From Parcubacteria bacterium C7867-006 (GTDB lineage Bacteria > Patescibacteriota > Minisyncoccia > Phycocordibacterales > DATDWN01): DNA of 58,438 nt. Shown here piece by piece: positions 42,982 through 51,602 of the stretch (position 1 is its first letter; each line of letters begins with the position of its first letter). Below the pieces are notes generated by a model. It was given only the letters and a program-made list of their open reading frames with translations. It did not search any database and was not told the DNA's origin. Both the position numbers and the translations under genes were made by a program. The stretch covers positions 1 through 58,438 of the forward strand of contig LFCP01000007.1 in assembly GCA_001189155.1 (NCBI GenBank), written 5' to 3'.

Positions 42982-45195
42982 TTATTCTGTAAATTCTGGA
43001 GCTGGTGTTTCTACATCAGAGGATCCTCCTATTAGTATTTCTCGAGGTTTTGCTCCAGAACCTGGCCCTATAACTCCACGTTCTTCTAGTATATCTATAA
43101 GTCTTGCTGCTCTAGCATAGCCAACACCAAGTTTTCTTTGAAGATATGATGTTGACGCTTTACCAGCTTCAATTACTGTTTGTTTTGCTTCTTCATACAA
43201 ATCATCATCTTCTTCCATTTTTTCATCATCAATAGTTGCTTCAAATATATTATTTTTCTGATTATCACCAGATAGGTTTATCTCACTAGGGATTTCATTT
43301 GCGTAACTATCTACCAGATATTTAACAACAGATTTTGTTTCATCTTCTGATATGAAAGCAGACTGTATACGTTGTGGTTGAGACATTTTTCCAGATAGGT
43401 ATAGCATATCTCCAGCTCCAAGTAGTTTTTCTGCTCCAGCCATATCAAGAATAGTTCTTGAGTCGATTTGGCTTGCTACTTGTAGTGCAAGTCTTGTTGG
43501 GATGTTGGCTTTGATAAGACCAGTAATAACATTAACAGAAGGCCTCTGTGTTGAAAGTATGAGGTGTATACCGACAGCTCTAGACATTTGAGCTAGTCTG
43601 ACAATACCAGCTTCCAACTCTCTTGGATAAGACTGCATAATATCTGCAAGCTCATCAATAATCACTACTATATAAGGCATTGTCTCAATCGGTTTTTCAT
43701 CTGTCTCCGAACTGTTCTTGCTGTTTTTACGTCTCTTTATTTCAGGTTCAACTACATTTTTGTGGTATGAGGAAATATTTTGCAGAGAGTGTTCCTGAAG
43801 AACATCATATCTACGATCCATTTCTTTTGCTGCCCATTTTAGAGCTAGTATAGCTTTCTTTGCATCTGTTATAACAGGAGTAAGTAGGTGTGGAATTTTA
43901 TTATATAGTGTGAGCTCAACTCTTTTTGGGTCAACCATAATGAATTTCAGGTTGTCTGGTGAGTTTTTATATAGAAGGGAAGTAATAATAGTATGTATGG
44001 TTACTGACTTACCAGCACCGGTTGCACCAGCTACGAGCATATGAGGAGCAGAAGCTAGGTTATCAAAATATGACATTCCTGATATTCCTTTACCAAGACA
44101 GATCATAAGTGGTTTATCTGAATTCTGGAATTCAGGTGAGCCTAATAGTGATCCAAGACCAACAGTTGTTTTTGTGCTGTTTGGAACCTCTATTCCAACA
44201 AGAGATTTTCCTGGGATTGGAGCTTCGATACGGATTGGGTGAGCTGCTAGGGCAAGAGACAAGTCCTGCTGATAGGCAACGATTTTTGAAAGTTTAACTC
44301 CCTCAGCTGGTTTTAGCGCATAACGAGTAATGGATGGTCCGATAGATATCTCATCCATTTCTACAGTAATACCAAAGTTCTGCAAAGTTCTTTTTATAAT
44401 ATTTGAGTTCGCCTTTATGTCTCCAACTCCAGGTTTTCCTCTATCTTTTTCAAGTAATGAAAGTGGTGGTGGAACAAACTCTTTTCCATTCAAAAGTAAT
44501 GGGCTGATACCAAACTCATCCTTTTTATCGTCTCCTAGAAGTTTTTTAAGTACACCAGTTTTATCTTCCTCCTGAGTTGAAGTCTGTGCTACAGGTTTTA
44601 TTTCAGGTTCTAGTTGCTCTGCGTTGGCAATAATAAGTTCTGATTCGCCATCTTCTGTTTCAATTTCTTTTTTCTTGAATAGGGAAGTAATAAAAGTAAA
44701 TCGTAGGGGAGCATCAAATATAGTTAGAATAGATACAACAAGCAATGCCAGTAGTATTAGCACACTCGCATATGTATCAAACATTCCTATTAATGGTCCA
44801 GATATAAATCCCCCAACAACTCCCCCACGTCCAGGCAAAGAAATATTTACCAAAGAAAGGGAAGAAACGAAAAATAAAATTCCACCAATGCTGTGGGTGA
44901 GGGCTAGTCTTTTGTGTAGTGTTCTGAAAAATGAAACACAAAGAATAAAGAAAATAGTAGGCATTAAATAGTAGCCAATACCGAACAAATATGAGAACAG
45001 TTCAAAAGCTTTTTCACCAACAAATCCACCTTTATTAAAAGCTGACATTAATAGGAATACTGATATAACAAAAAACGCTACTGCTACTATTGCCCTAACT
45101 GTTTCTTCTTTTAAATAGCTTTCTTTTTCTATTGATTCGTCTAGATCTTTTTTACCTTTTTCTTTCTTATCTTCCTTAGATTTTTTTCGTGCCAT
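42982..45195 (-). CDS. ftsK: DNA translocase FtsK/SpoIIIE
   Basis: 737 aa. N-terminal TM helices, the motor domain (GATGAGKSV Walker A, VVIIDELADIM Walker B) and a C-terminal gamma wHTH. Confidence 0.95.
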   Translation of the reverse strand: MARKKSKEDKKEKGKKDLDESIEKESYLKEETVRAIVAVAFFVISVFLLMSAFNKGGFVGEKAFELFSYLFGIGYYLMPTIFFILCVSFFRTLHKRLALTHSIGGILFFVSSLSLVNISLPGRGGVVGGFISGPLIGMFDTYASVLILLALLVVSILTIFDAPLRFTFITSLFKKKEIETEDGESELIIANAEQLEPEIKPVAQTSTQEEDKTGVLKKLLGDDKKDEFGISPLLLNGKEFVPPPLSLLEKDRGKPGVGDIKANSNIIKRTLQNFGITVEMDEISIGPSITRYALKPAEGVKLSKIVAYQQDLSLALAAHPIRIEAPIPGKSLVGIEVPNSTKTTVGLGSLLGSPEFQNSDKPLMICLGKGISGMSYFDNLASAPHMLVAGATGAGKSVTIHTIITSLLYKNSPDNLKFIMVDPKRVELTLYNKIPHLLTPVITDAKKAILALKWAAKEMDRRYDVLQEHSLQNISSYHKNVVEPEIKRRKNSKNSSETDEKPIETMPYIVVIIDELADIMQSYPRELEAGIVRLAQMSRAVGIHLILSTQRPSVNVITGLIKANIPTRLALQVASQIDSRTILDMAGAEKLLGAGDMLYLSGKMSQPQRIQSAFISEDETKSVVKYLVDSYANEIPSEINLSGDNQKNNIFEATIDDEKMEEDDDLYEEAKQTVIEAGKASTSYLQRKLGVGYARAARLIDILEERGVIGPGSGAKPREILIGGSSDVETPAPEFTE

Positions 45196-45346
45196 GATAC
45201 CTATATTTTAACAGATAAAACTGTGAATACAAAAATATTTCATAGTTTTGTGGCTAGGATTCAAGATCTTTTTTAAACAATTGGAAACTTAATTTTTTAC
45301 TTGTTTTGACTGGTATCTTTAGGTGTTGTCTGTAGCCTAAAATAGC

Positions 45347-45423
45347 ACTAAAAGACTTGCACCAAAGTCTTTTAGTGGAGTATAATAGACACACTTGACG
45401 GCATTAAAGACATCTGGTATTAT
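45347..45423 (+). promoter_or_regulatory. Tandem sigma70-like promoters with an overlapping 12-bp inverted-repeat operator
   Basis: CACTAAAAGACT (45347-45358) pairs with AGTCTTTTAGTG (45366-45377), spanning TTGCAC-N18-TATAAT (-10 at 45381-45386). A second promoter reads TTGACG (45395-45400)-N17-TATTAT (45418-45423). Confidence 0.55.
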
Positions 45424-45492
45424 ATAGGACATACATAAGACACCAATAAGGACAGTATCAGACATATCTAAAGTACAGTTAAAAATAAGGCT

Positions 45493-46260
45493 ATGGAAGC
45501 AGATAAAATAAACACAACAGAATTAGCTCATAAAAACCAAGAACCTATTAGTTATTTTGAAAAAGATGCAGGTTTTGTTTTTGCGTACAAAAAGACAGAA
45601 AAGCTCGCTTCAGCTGTTTATATGATAACCAATCTTTTTTCTGATAATGAGCCAATGAAATGGACTCTTAGAAAGAAGGTTTCTGATCTAGTGTCTTTTA
45701 TTCTTGAATACAAAGATGTAAAAGACTCAAGTGTTAATGACTTCGCATATAACGTTAAATCAAAAATTCTTGAGTTAGTTTCTATGCTAGAAATATCTTA
45801 TCGAGCAGGGCTGATATCTCAGATGAATTTTACTATCATAAAGCAAGAGTTTAATAACTTATCAGAGGTGTTCAGTTCTCATTTTTCAGCTGTAAAACAA
45901 CCCGTTCATGAAAGCTTCTCAAAAGGTTTCTTTAGTGTTCCTGATAACAGAGTTGCAGTTCATGAAGGACATCAAAATCACGTGTATTCGACATCAATGA
46001 GTTCACATGATCACACACACGTTTCTCACATTAAAGACAAAGAACCTGCATCTGATAAAGACGGTTTTAAAAGATCTAATCGCCAGAATATTATTTTAGG
46101 TCTACTAAAGAAAAAGAAAGAGTTAACTATAAAAGACATAGCTCAGGTTATAAAAGATTGTAGTGAAAAAACCATACAAAGAGAGTTGATTTCTTTTATA
46201 GATGCTGGTGTCTTAAAGAGAACTGGAGAAAGACGATGGAGTAAGTACTCACTAGTTTAA
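45493..46260 (+). CDS. Putative transcriptional regulator with a C-terminal DeoR-like winged HTH
   Basis: 255 aa. The C-terminus RQNIILGLLKKKKELTIKDIAQVIKDCSEKTIQRELISFIDAGVLKR is a wHTH. The N-terminal domain is unknown. Confidence 0.6.
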   Translation: MEADKINTTELAHKNQEPISYFEKDAGFVFAYKKTEKLASAVYMITNLFSDNEPMKWTLRKKVSDLVSFILEYKDVKDSSVNDFAYNVKSKILELVSMLEISYRAGLISQMNFTIIKQEFNNLSEVFSSHFSAVKQPVHESFSKGFFSVPDNRVAVHEGHQNHVYSTSMSSHDHTHVSHIKDKEPASDKDGFKRSNRQNIILGLLKKKKELTIKDIAQVIKDCSEKTIQRELISFIDAGVLKRTGERRWSKYSLV

Positions 46261-46826
46261 AGGACAGATATTTTGTCCTAGACGATTAATTTTTTGGTTT
46301 GCGATTTTGTCTTAAAATCTTACAATTTTTGTCCGTTTTTGGTTTGAATTTATAAACCAAATTTGGCCCATATAAGTTTGACTTTTGAGTTATTTTTTGG
46401 AATAATGGCTTGGTGCGGGTTTGCCGGTTTTTCAGCGCCCAATCGACAGAAAAGGGCTTAAAAATTGGAGTTATCCACACGGTCAGATTTGAAAGTGGGG
46501 GTGGTAAAATATATAATATGTTTTACGTATAGAGTCTTTGACTTTATACGTAAGATACTGATATTTTCCACGTCTATTCAGAATTGTAAGTCCCTTGACA
46601 TTAATACTTAAAATATTAAGAAATTAATATTTAGGTCAATATGGATTTCAATTTAAAGCGCGATTTTTATCGTGCCTTCTGCCGTACAGAATAATCCTTA
46701 ATTTTCTGAAACTCTAGAAACTCAGTCTAAACATCACCATCTAGTCTCTTGTTTTGTGTCGAAACATTCGGCTCCGCCACCATGTGGAGATATGAATGAA
46801 ATATGGAGCAAGAGATTTAGTATGAA

Positions 46827-46893
46827 GATGTGGCTGTGGAAAATGTTTGCAAATATTGTAAAAAATGTTTGCAAACATAAACACAGCCACATC
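46827..46893 (+). promoter_or_regulatory. Hairpin enclosing two 22-bp-spaced TTTGCAAA boxes, ~100 nt upstream of the giant surface protein gene
   Basis: The 12-bp perfect arms GATGTGGCTGTG and CACAGCCACATC flank AAAATGTTTGCAAA twice (46840-46853 and 46862-46875). The second copy is part of the 14-bp palindrome ATGTTTGCAAACAT. Confidence 0.6.
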
Positions 46894-46988
46894 GGAAAAT
46901 TATTAAGTAGTTAATCGTTTCCAACAACTCAATCTAAAATTTTATTAATAATAATAGAAAGAGTTGTTTCATTATTAAAAACATATAT

Positions 46989-49900
46989 ATGAATTTAACA
47001 AAATCACGAACTGCAAAGTTGGCTGCTGGTTTTGTAGGTTTTGCTATGGCTTTGAGCATTGTTGCTCCAACTCTAGCAAGTGCTGATACAGCATCTGACC
47101 TACAAGCACAGATCAACAGCTTGCTAGCAACGATTTCATCATTGCAAGCACAACTTTCAGCGACAACAGGTAGCTCATCAGTTTCAACTGGCTACACGTT
47201 CAACACAAACTTAACAGTAGGTAGTACTGGTGCTGATGTTATGAATCTACAAAAGGTTCTAAACATGAGTGCTGATACAAAAGTAGCTAACTCAGGAAAT
47301 GGTTCACCAGGAATGGAGACATCATACTTTGGTCCAGCTACAAAGGCTGCTGTTATCAAATTCCAGACTAAGTATGGAATTTCACCAGCTGCTGGTTATG
47401 TAGGAGCAATCACTCGAGCTAAACTTAACTCAATGGGTGGTTCAACAGTTCCTCCAGTAGTAACTCCAGGTAATCCACAAGGTGGATCACTTTCAGTTTC
47501 AGCTGGTTCACAACCTGCAAATTCTCTTGCACCAACAAATGCAGCGAGATTACCTTTCACAACAGTTGTCCTAACAGCAGGATCATCTGATGTGACAGTA
47601 AACTCTATAACAGTAGAGCGATCAGGTTTGGCACAAGATGCTATGTTCTCAGGAGTTGTTCTCTTGGACAGTAACGGAATGCAGATTGGTATCGCAAAAA
47701 CACTTAACTCAAACCACCAGGCAATGGTAGGTGAGCCTTTCGTTGTTAAAGCCGGTACTTCAAAGACAGTTACAGTCGCTGGAAACATAGGTACAATTTC
47801 ATCAACTTATGCTGGACAAGTTGCATCTCTAAACGTTGTTGCAGTTAATACTTCAGCATCAGTTTCAGGATCAATGCCTATAACAGGAGCTCAGCATACA
47901 GCAAACGGTACGCTTACGCTCGGTACAGCTACAATGTCTGAGTCTTCATATGACCCAGATACATCAGCTAATAAAGAAATCGGAACAACAAACTACAAGT
48001 TTGCTGGAGTTCGAGTTACAGCTGGTTCAGCTGAACAAGTTAGACTATGGTCTATCCGATGGAACCAGACAGGTTCTGCTTCATCACAAGATCTTGCTAA
48101 CATAAAAGTTTATGTAGATGGTACTGCATATGACACAACAGTGTCATCAGACGGTAAGTACTATTCAGCTAGCTTCTCAGGAGGTCTATTGATTGACAAG
48201 GGTAACTCAAAGGATGTTTACATCCAGGGAGATATTGTTGGATCAAGTGCTTCTGGAAGAACAATAGAGTTTGATATCTATAAAGCAACTGATATCTATG
48301 TATCAGGTGTGACTTATGGATATGGAATTACTCCAACACAAAGTGCTAATGGAACAGCGAATGTGGCAACTTCTGAATTTACTTCAGGAACACCATTCTT
48401 CTCTGGTTCTCAAGTAACAGTTACAGGAGGTTCAGCTACATCAATCCAGAAGGCAACTTCAGTTGCTGCTCAGAACGTAGCAGTTAATGTTCCTAACCAA
48501 GTACTTGGAGGATTCCAGACTGATATTAAGGGTGAGCCTATCTCTGTACAGAGTATGGTATACAACTTTAATTACAGTTCAGGAGTAGCAGCTTCTTCAT
48601 ACCTTTTGACTAACGTATCACTCGTTGATGAGAACGGTGCGATAGTTGCAGGTCCAGTAGATGCTGTAAACGTAGGTGGTGTTGCACAAAAAGTAACATT
48701 CACAGACACAGTTACACTTCCAGTTGGAGTTAAGACTTATACATTGAAGGGTAAATTGCCTTCAGGTCTTTCTAATGGAACAACAATTGTGGCTTCAACT
48801 ACACCTTCATCTGATTGGTCAAACATAACTGGTCAGACAACAGGTAACACAATTACATTGTCAAACGGTGTATTCTCAATGAACACAATGACAGTTAAGG
48901 CAGCAGCTCTAGCTATTACAGTTTCAGCTACTCCTTCAGCTCAGTCAGTTGTTCCTGGAACACAAGGATTTACATTTGCTAACTATCAGTTTGATGCTTC
49001 ACAGTCAGGAGAGGATGTTAGATTCTCATCTGTACCTCTTTACTACAACGGAGCTTCAAATGCAGCAGCAGCAGATGAGTCTAAGTTGACATCATGTCAG
49101 TTGTTTGATGGTTCTACAGCTTTGAACACAGGTTCAAACGTAGTTAATCCTTCAACAGCTACAGCAACATCAACACCTTATGAACCTACATTTACATTTG
49201 ATCAGCAGTTTACAATTCCAAAGGGAACAGTTAAAACTCTTGCTCTAAAATGTAATCTTGCAAGTTCAATGGATAACAGTTCTGTTGTTCAGTGGGGTAT
49301 AAAAACAGCAGCTTCTATAACAGTTACAGGAGTTACATCAGGTAACGATGTTACAGAAACAGTTACAGCTTCTAATGGTCAGGCGATGACAGTCAGTGCA
49401 GCTTACCTAACAGTAACTACTGATTCTAATTCACCTTCATATGCACTTGCTGCAGCTGGTACTTCAGGAAATGAAATTGGAAGATTCAAGATTACAGCTG
49501 CAAATGAAACTGTAAACTTGAACAAGATTGGATTGAAACTTACAAACTCAGCATCATCTTCAGCATCTGACCTAATCGCAGTGTCAATCTGGGATGGAGC
49601 TACACAAGTAGGTTCAGCTATCTTCACAGGTGCAAACACAGTTGCAACATCAACATTCACTTCACCTGTAGTTCTTACAAAGGATGTAGCTAAGGTTCTT
49701 ACAATCAAGGCTGACTTTGCAGCTATCGGAACATCACAACCTGGTACACAGGGTCACTTGATTGCAATTGATGTAAACGGTTCTGACACAACAGGTACAG
49801 AAGGTACAGGTGCTGGTTCTGGTTCTACAATCAACCTTGCAACATCAGGTTCAACAGCTTCAACAGCAGTGGCAGGAGTGAGACTATTCAGATCATTCCC

Positions 49901-50507
49901 TACATTCGCTAAAGTTTCAGTTCCTACAAACACTCTAAACAATGGTGAACAATCATTGCTAAGATTTAAGGTAACTGCTAACGCAGCTGGTGATGTCGGT
50001 ATCTACAAGTTTACAGTTCGAGTTGCTACAACAACTGCTACTGTAACTGGTATCAACATCCGAGCTTACACTGATTCAGGATTCTCAACACCAGTTTCTG
50101 GTTTGTCATCTGATGGATCATTGTTAGCAACAGCTCTTACTGGTACAGCTTGGGGTTCATCTTCAACTGATCTAGAAGTATTCGCTCAGACATCTGCAGC
50201 AGCTTCTACAACAGTTCAGGTCCCAGCTGGTGCTACAAGATACTTTGATGTTATCGGTACAGTTGCTAGTGCCTCAACAGGTGCTTCTGTACAGACACAA
50301 CTTCAAGGAGATGCAGCTTATCCACAGCTTTCAAGCTTCATGGGTACAGCTCTTCAGATCAACAACGATGCAGGATCAAATAACGATCTTATCTGGTCAC
50401 CAAATGCAACTTCTACATCAGTTAATGCATCTAACGACTGGACAAACGGTTACGGTATCGTTGGTCTACCATCAAGCAACATGTCAGCTGAAGTATTGTC
50501 AAAATAA
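46989..50507 (+). CDS. Giant secreted/cell-surface protein: signal peptide, coiled coil, peptidoglycan-binding domain, then repeated beta modules (S-layer-like)
   Basis: 1172 aa. N-terminal signal/anchor, DLQAQINSLLATISSLQAQL, PG_binding_1-like segment (GADVMNLQKVLN...GPATKAAVIKFQTKYGI), then >900 aa rich in T/S/A/G/V with recurring ..FKVTA..V.L..I..-type modules. Confidence 0.75.
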   Translation: MNLTKSRTAKLAAGFVGFAMALSIVAPTLASADTASDLQAQINSLLATISSLQAQLSATTGSSSVSTGYTFNTNLTVGSTGADVMNLQKVLNMSADTKVANSGNGSPGMETSYFGPATKAAVIKFQTKYGISPAAGYVGAITRAKLNSMGGSTVPPVVTPGNPQGGSLSVSAGSQPANSLAPTNAARLPFTTVVLTAGSSDVTVNSITVERSGLAQDAMFSGVVLLDSNGMQIGIAKTLNSNHQAMVGEPFVVKAGTSKTVTVAGNIGTISSTYAGQVASLNVVAVNTSASVSGSMPITGAQHTANGTLTLGTATMSESSYDPDTSANKEIGTTNYKFAGVRVTAGSAEQVRLWSIRWNQTGSASSQDLANIKVYVDGTAYDTTVSSDGKYYSASFSGGLLIDKGNSKDVYIQGDIVGSSASGRTIEFDIYKATDIYVSGVTYGYGITPTQSANGTANVATSEFTSGTPFFSGSQVTVTGGSATSIQKATSVAAQNVAVNVPNQVLGGFQTDIKGEPISVQSMVYNFNYSSGVAASSYLLTNVSLVDENGAIVAGPVDAVNVGGVAQKVTFTDTVTLPVGVKTYTLKGKLPSGLSNGTTIVASTTPSSDWSNITGQTTGNTITLSNGVFSMNTMTVKAAALAITVSATPSAQSVVPGTQGFTFANYQFDASQSGEDVRFSSVPLYYNGASNAAAADESKLTSCQLFDGSTALNTGSNVVNPSTATATSTPYEPTFTFDQQFTIPKGTVKTLALKCNLASSMDNSSVVQWGIKTAASITVTGVTSGNDVTETVTASNGQAMTVSAAYLTVTTDSNSPSYALAAAGTSGNEIGRFKITAANETVNLNKIGLKLTNSASSSASDLIAVSIWDGATQVGSAIFTGANTVATSTFTSPVVLTKDVAKVLTIKADFAAIGTSQPGTQGHLIAIDVNGSDTTGTEGTGAGSGSTINLATSGSTASTAVAGVRLFRSFPTFAKVSVPTNTLNNGEQSLLRFKVTANAAGDVGIYKFTVRVATTTATVTGINIRAYTDSGFSTPVSGLSSDGSLLATALTGTAWGSSSTDLEVFAQTSAAASTTVQVPAGATRYFDVIGTVASASTGASVQTQLQGDAAYPQLSSFMGTALQINNDAGSNNDLIWSPNATSTSVNASNDWTNGYGIVGLPSSNMSAEVLSK

Positions 50508-50551
50508 TCTAACGATTACTAGATATACCAAGCTAGCATAGCTAGATAGGC

Positions 50552-50582
50552 AAAAAACCACTTCGAAAGAGGTGGTTTTTTG
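50552..50582 (+). terminator. Intrinsic terminator after the surface protein gene
   Basis: AAAAAACCACTTC-GAAA-GAGGTGGTTTTTT. Confidence 0.85.
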
Positions 50583-50664
50583 TTGTTAAAAACTAAAATT
50601 TGGCAAAACTATTATTTAAAATTTAGTTTTTAATAAATCAATAGTTATGGTAGCATGGTTAACT

Positions 50665-51378
50665 ATGGAGATATCAAAAACAAACAAAATCATTATAATA
50701 TTCGGGTTCATTATTATTGTGGTTGTGCTAGGTTTTTTACTGTATAAAAAAACAAAAACTTTGACTAATGCATCTGATGGTGTATTAAATGTTTCTACCA
50801 CCACTACCACTCAAAACGGTTTACAAATAAGTTCAGAAGGAACAGGTGACTATAAAATTGAGCAAGTACCAGTAAATGAAGGAAGGGAAGTTTTGCCACA
50901 ACCAGTACCTGATTTAAATAGAAAATTAGTTTTTTTATCTTCTCTAAACTTAACTCAAGAAGCGAAAGATATTATTACCTCTAAGGTTAAAGATCTTCAA
51001 TCTCAACTTAAAAAAGATGCGACATTTGTTACTGGTTGGATTGATTTAGGTATTTATCAAAAGATGGCGGGGGATTATGATGGCGCTGCTATTTCTTGGA
51101 CTTATGTAACTAAACTTGTTCCAAGTGATTATATTTCATTCGGCAACCTAGGTGATTTGTATGCTTATTACCTTAAAAATAATGCATTATCTGAAACAAG
51201 TTACAAGAAAGCTATTTCAAATGCTCCGAAACAAGCTTACCTCTATATTCAACTTGCTGGTGTTTATAAGGATGTTTTTAAAGATATGGACAAGGCAAGA
51301 GCTATAATAGATCAAGGCTTAAAAAACTTGCCTGATGATAAGGGTTTATTGGAGTGGAAGACTAATAACTTGAAATAA
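50665..51378 (+). CDS. Membrane-anchored TPR-repeat protein (alternative start at 50647)
   Basis: An N-terminal TM helix is followed by TPR-like helices (GDYDGAAISWTYVTKLVP..., AYLYIQLAGVY...). Confidence 0.65.
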   Translation: MEISKTNKIIIIFGFIIIVVVLGFLLYKKTKTLTNASDGVLNVSTTTTTQNGLQISSEGTGDYKIEQVPVNEGREVLPQPVPDLNRKLVFLSSLNLTQEAKDIITSKVKDLQSQLKKDATFVTGWIDLGIYQKMAGDYDGAAISWTYVTKLVPSDYISFGNLGDLYAYYLKNNALSETSYKKAISNAPKQAYLYIQLAGVYKDVFKDMDKARAIIDQGLKNLPDDKGLLEWKTNNLK

Positions 51379-51417
51379 CCAATCAAAAACACTCCATATG
51401 GAGTGTTTTTGATTGGT
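51379..51417 (+). terminator. Long-stem intrinsic terminator
   Basis: CCAATCAAAAACACTCC-ATAT-GGAGTGTTTTTGATTGG. Confidence 0.75.
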
Positions 51418-51433
51418 TTGGTATAATTTTGTT

Positions 51434-51595
51434 ATGTCACAGTATTTCGATAAAGATTTTTTTAAATTTTTCTTGCGATTTGCTGCTATTCTATCTGTCA
51501 GTATTATTATCATAATTGCTGCTAGGTTATATCAAACTCAGTCTTCATTGGCGGAAGACAATACATCTGCTGTTATAAAAACGATTAATAAATAG
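51434..51595 (+). CDS. Small membrane protein (53 aa)
   Basis: The ATG at 51434 lies downstream of a TGGTATAAT extended -10 box. One TM helix. Confidence 0.4.
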   Translation: MSQYFDKDFFKFFLRFAAILSVSIIIIIAARLYQTQSSLAEDNTSAVIKTINK

Positions 51596-51602
51596 AAAAC
51601 AT

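Noticed and set aside
46840-46875. A CRISPR-like or tandem-repeat array. The whole window was also scanned for regularly spaced direct repeats.
   Set aside because: There are only two copies of a 14-nt box, with an 8-nt spacer. No repeat-spacer architecture and no cas-like gene occur anywhere in the window.
46822-46914. A 30-codon ORF (MKMWLWKMFANIVKNVCKHKHSHIGKLLSS) upstream of the surface-protein gene.
   Set aside because: The sequence is fully explained by a DNA/RNA-level hairpin with tandem palindromic boxes, and no obvious RBS precedes it. It is kept only as an alternative under the corresponding finding.
47396-49942. Antisense ORFs inside the giant surface-protein gene (47396-47788, 49403-49708, 49754-49942), plus the overlapping +2-frame ORF at 50230-50541.
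   Set aside because: They are embedded in a long ORF with a signal peptide and a recognisable PG-binding domain. The locally higher GC and the repeat content lengthen the off-frame ORFs.
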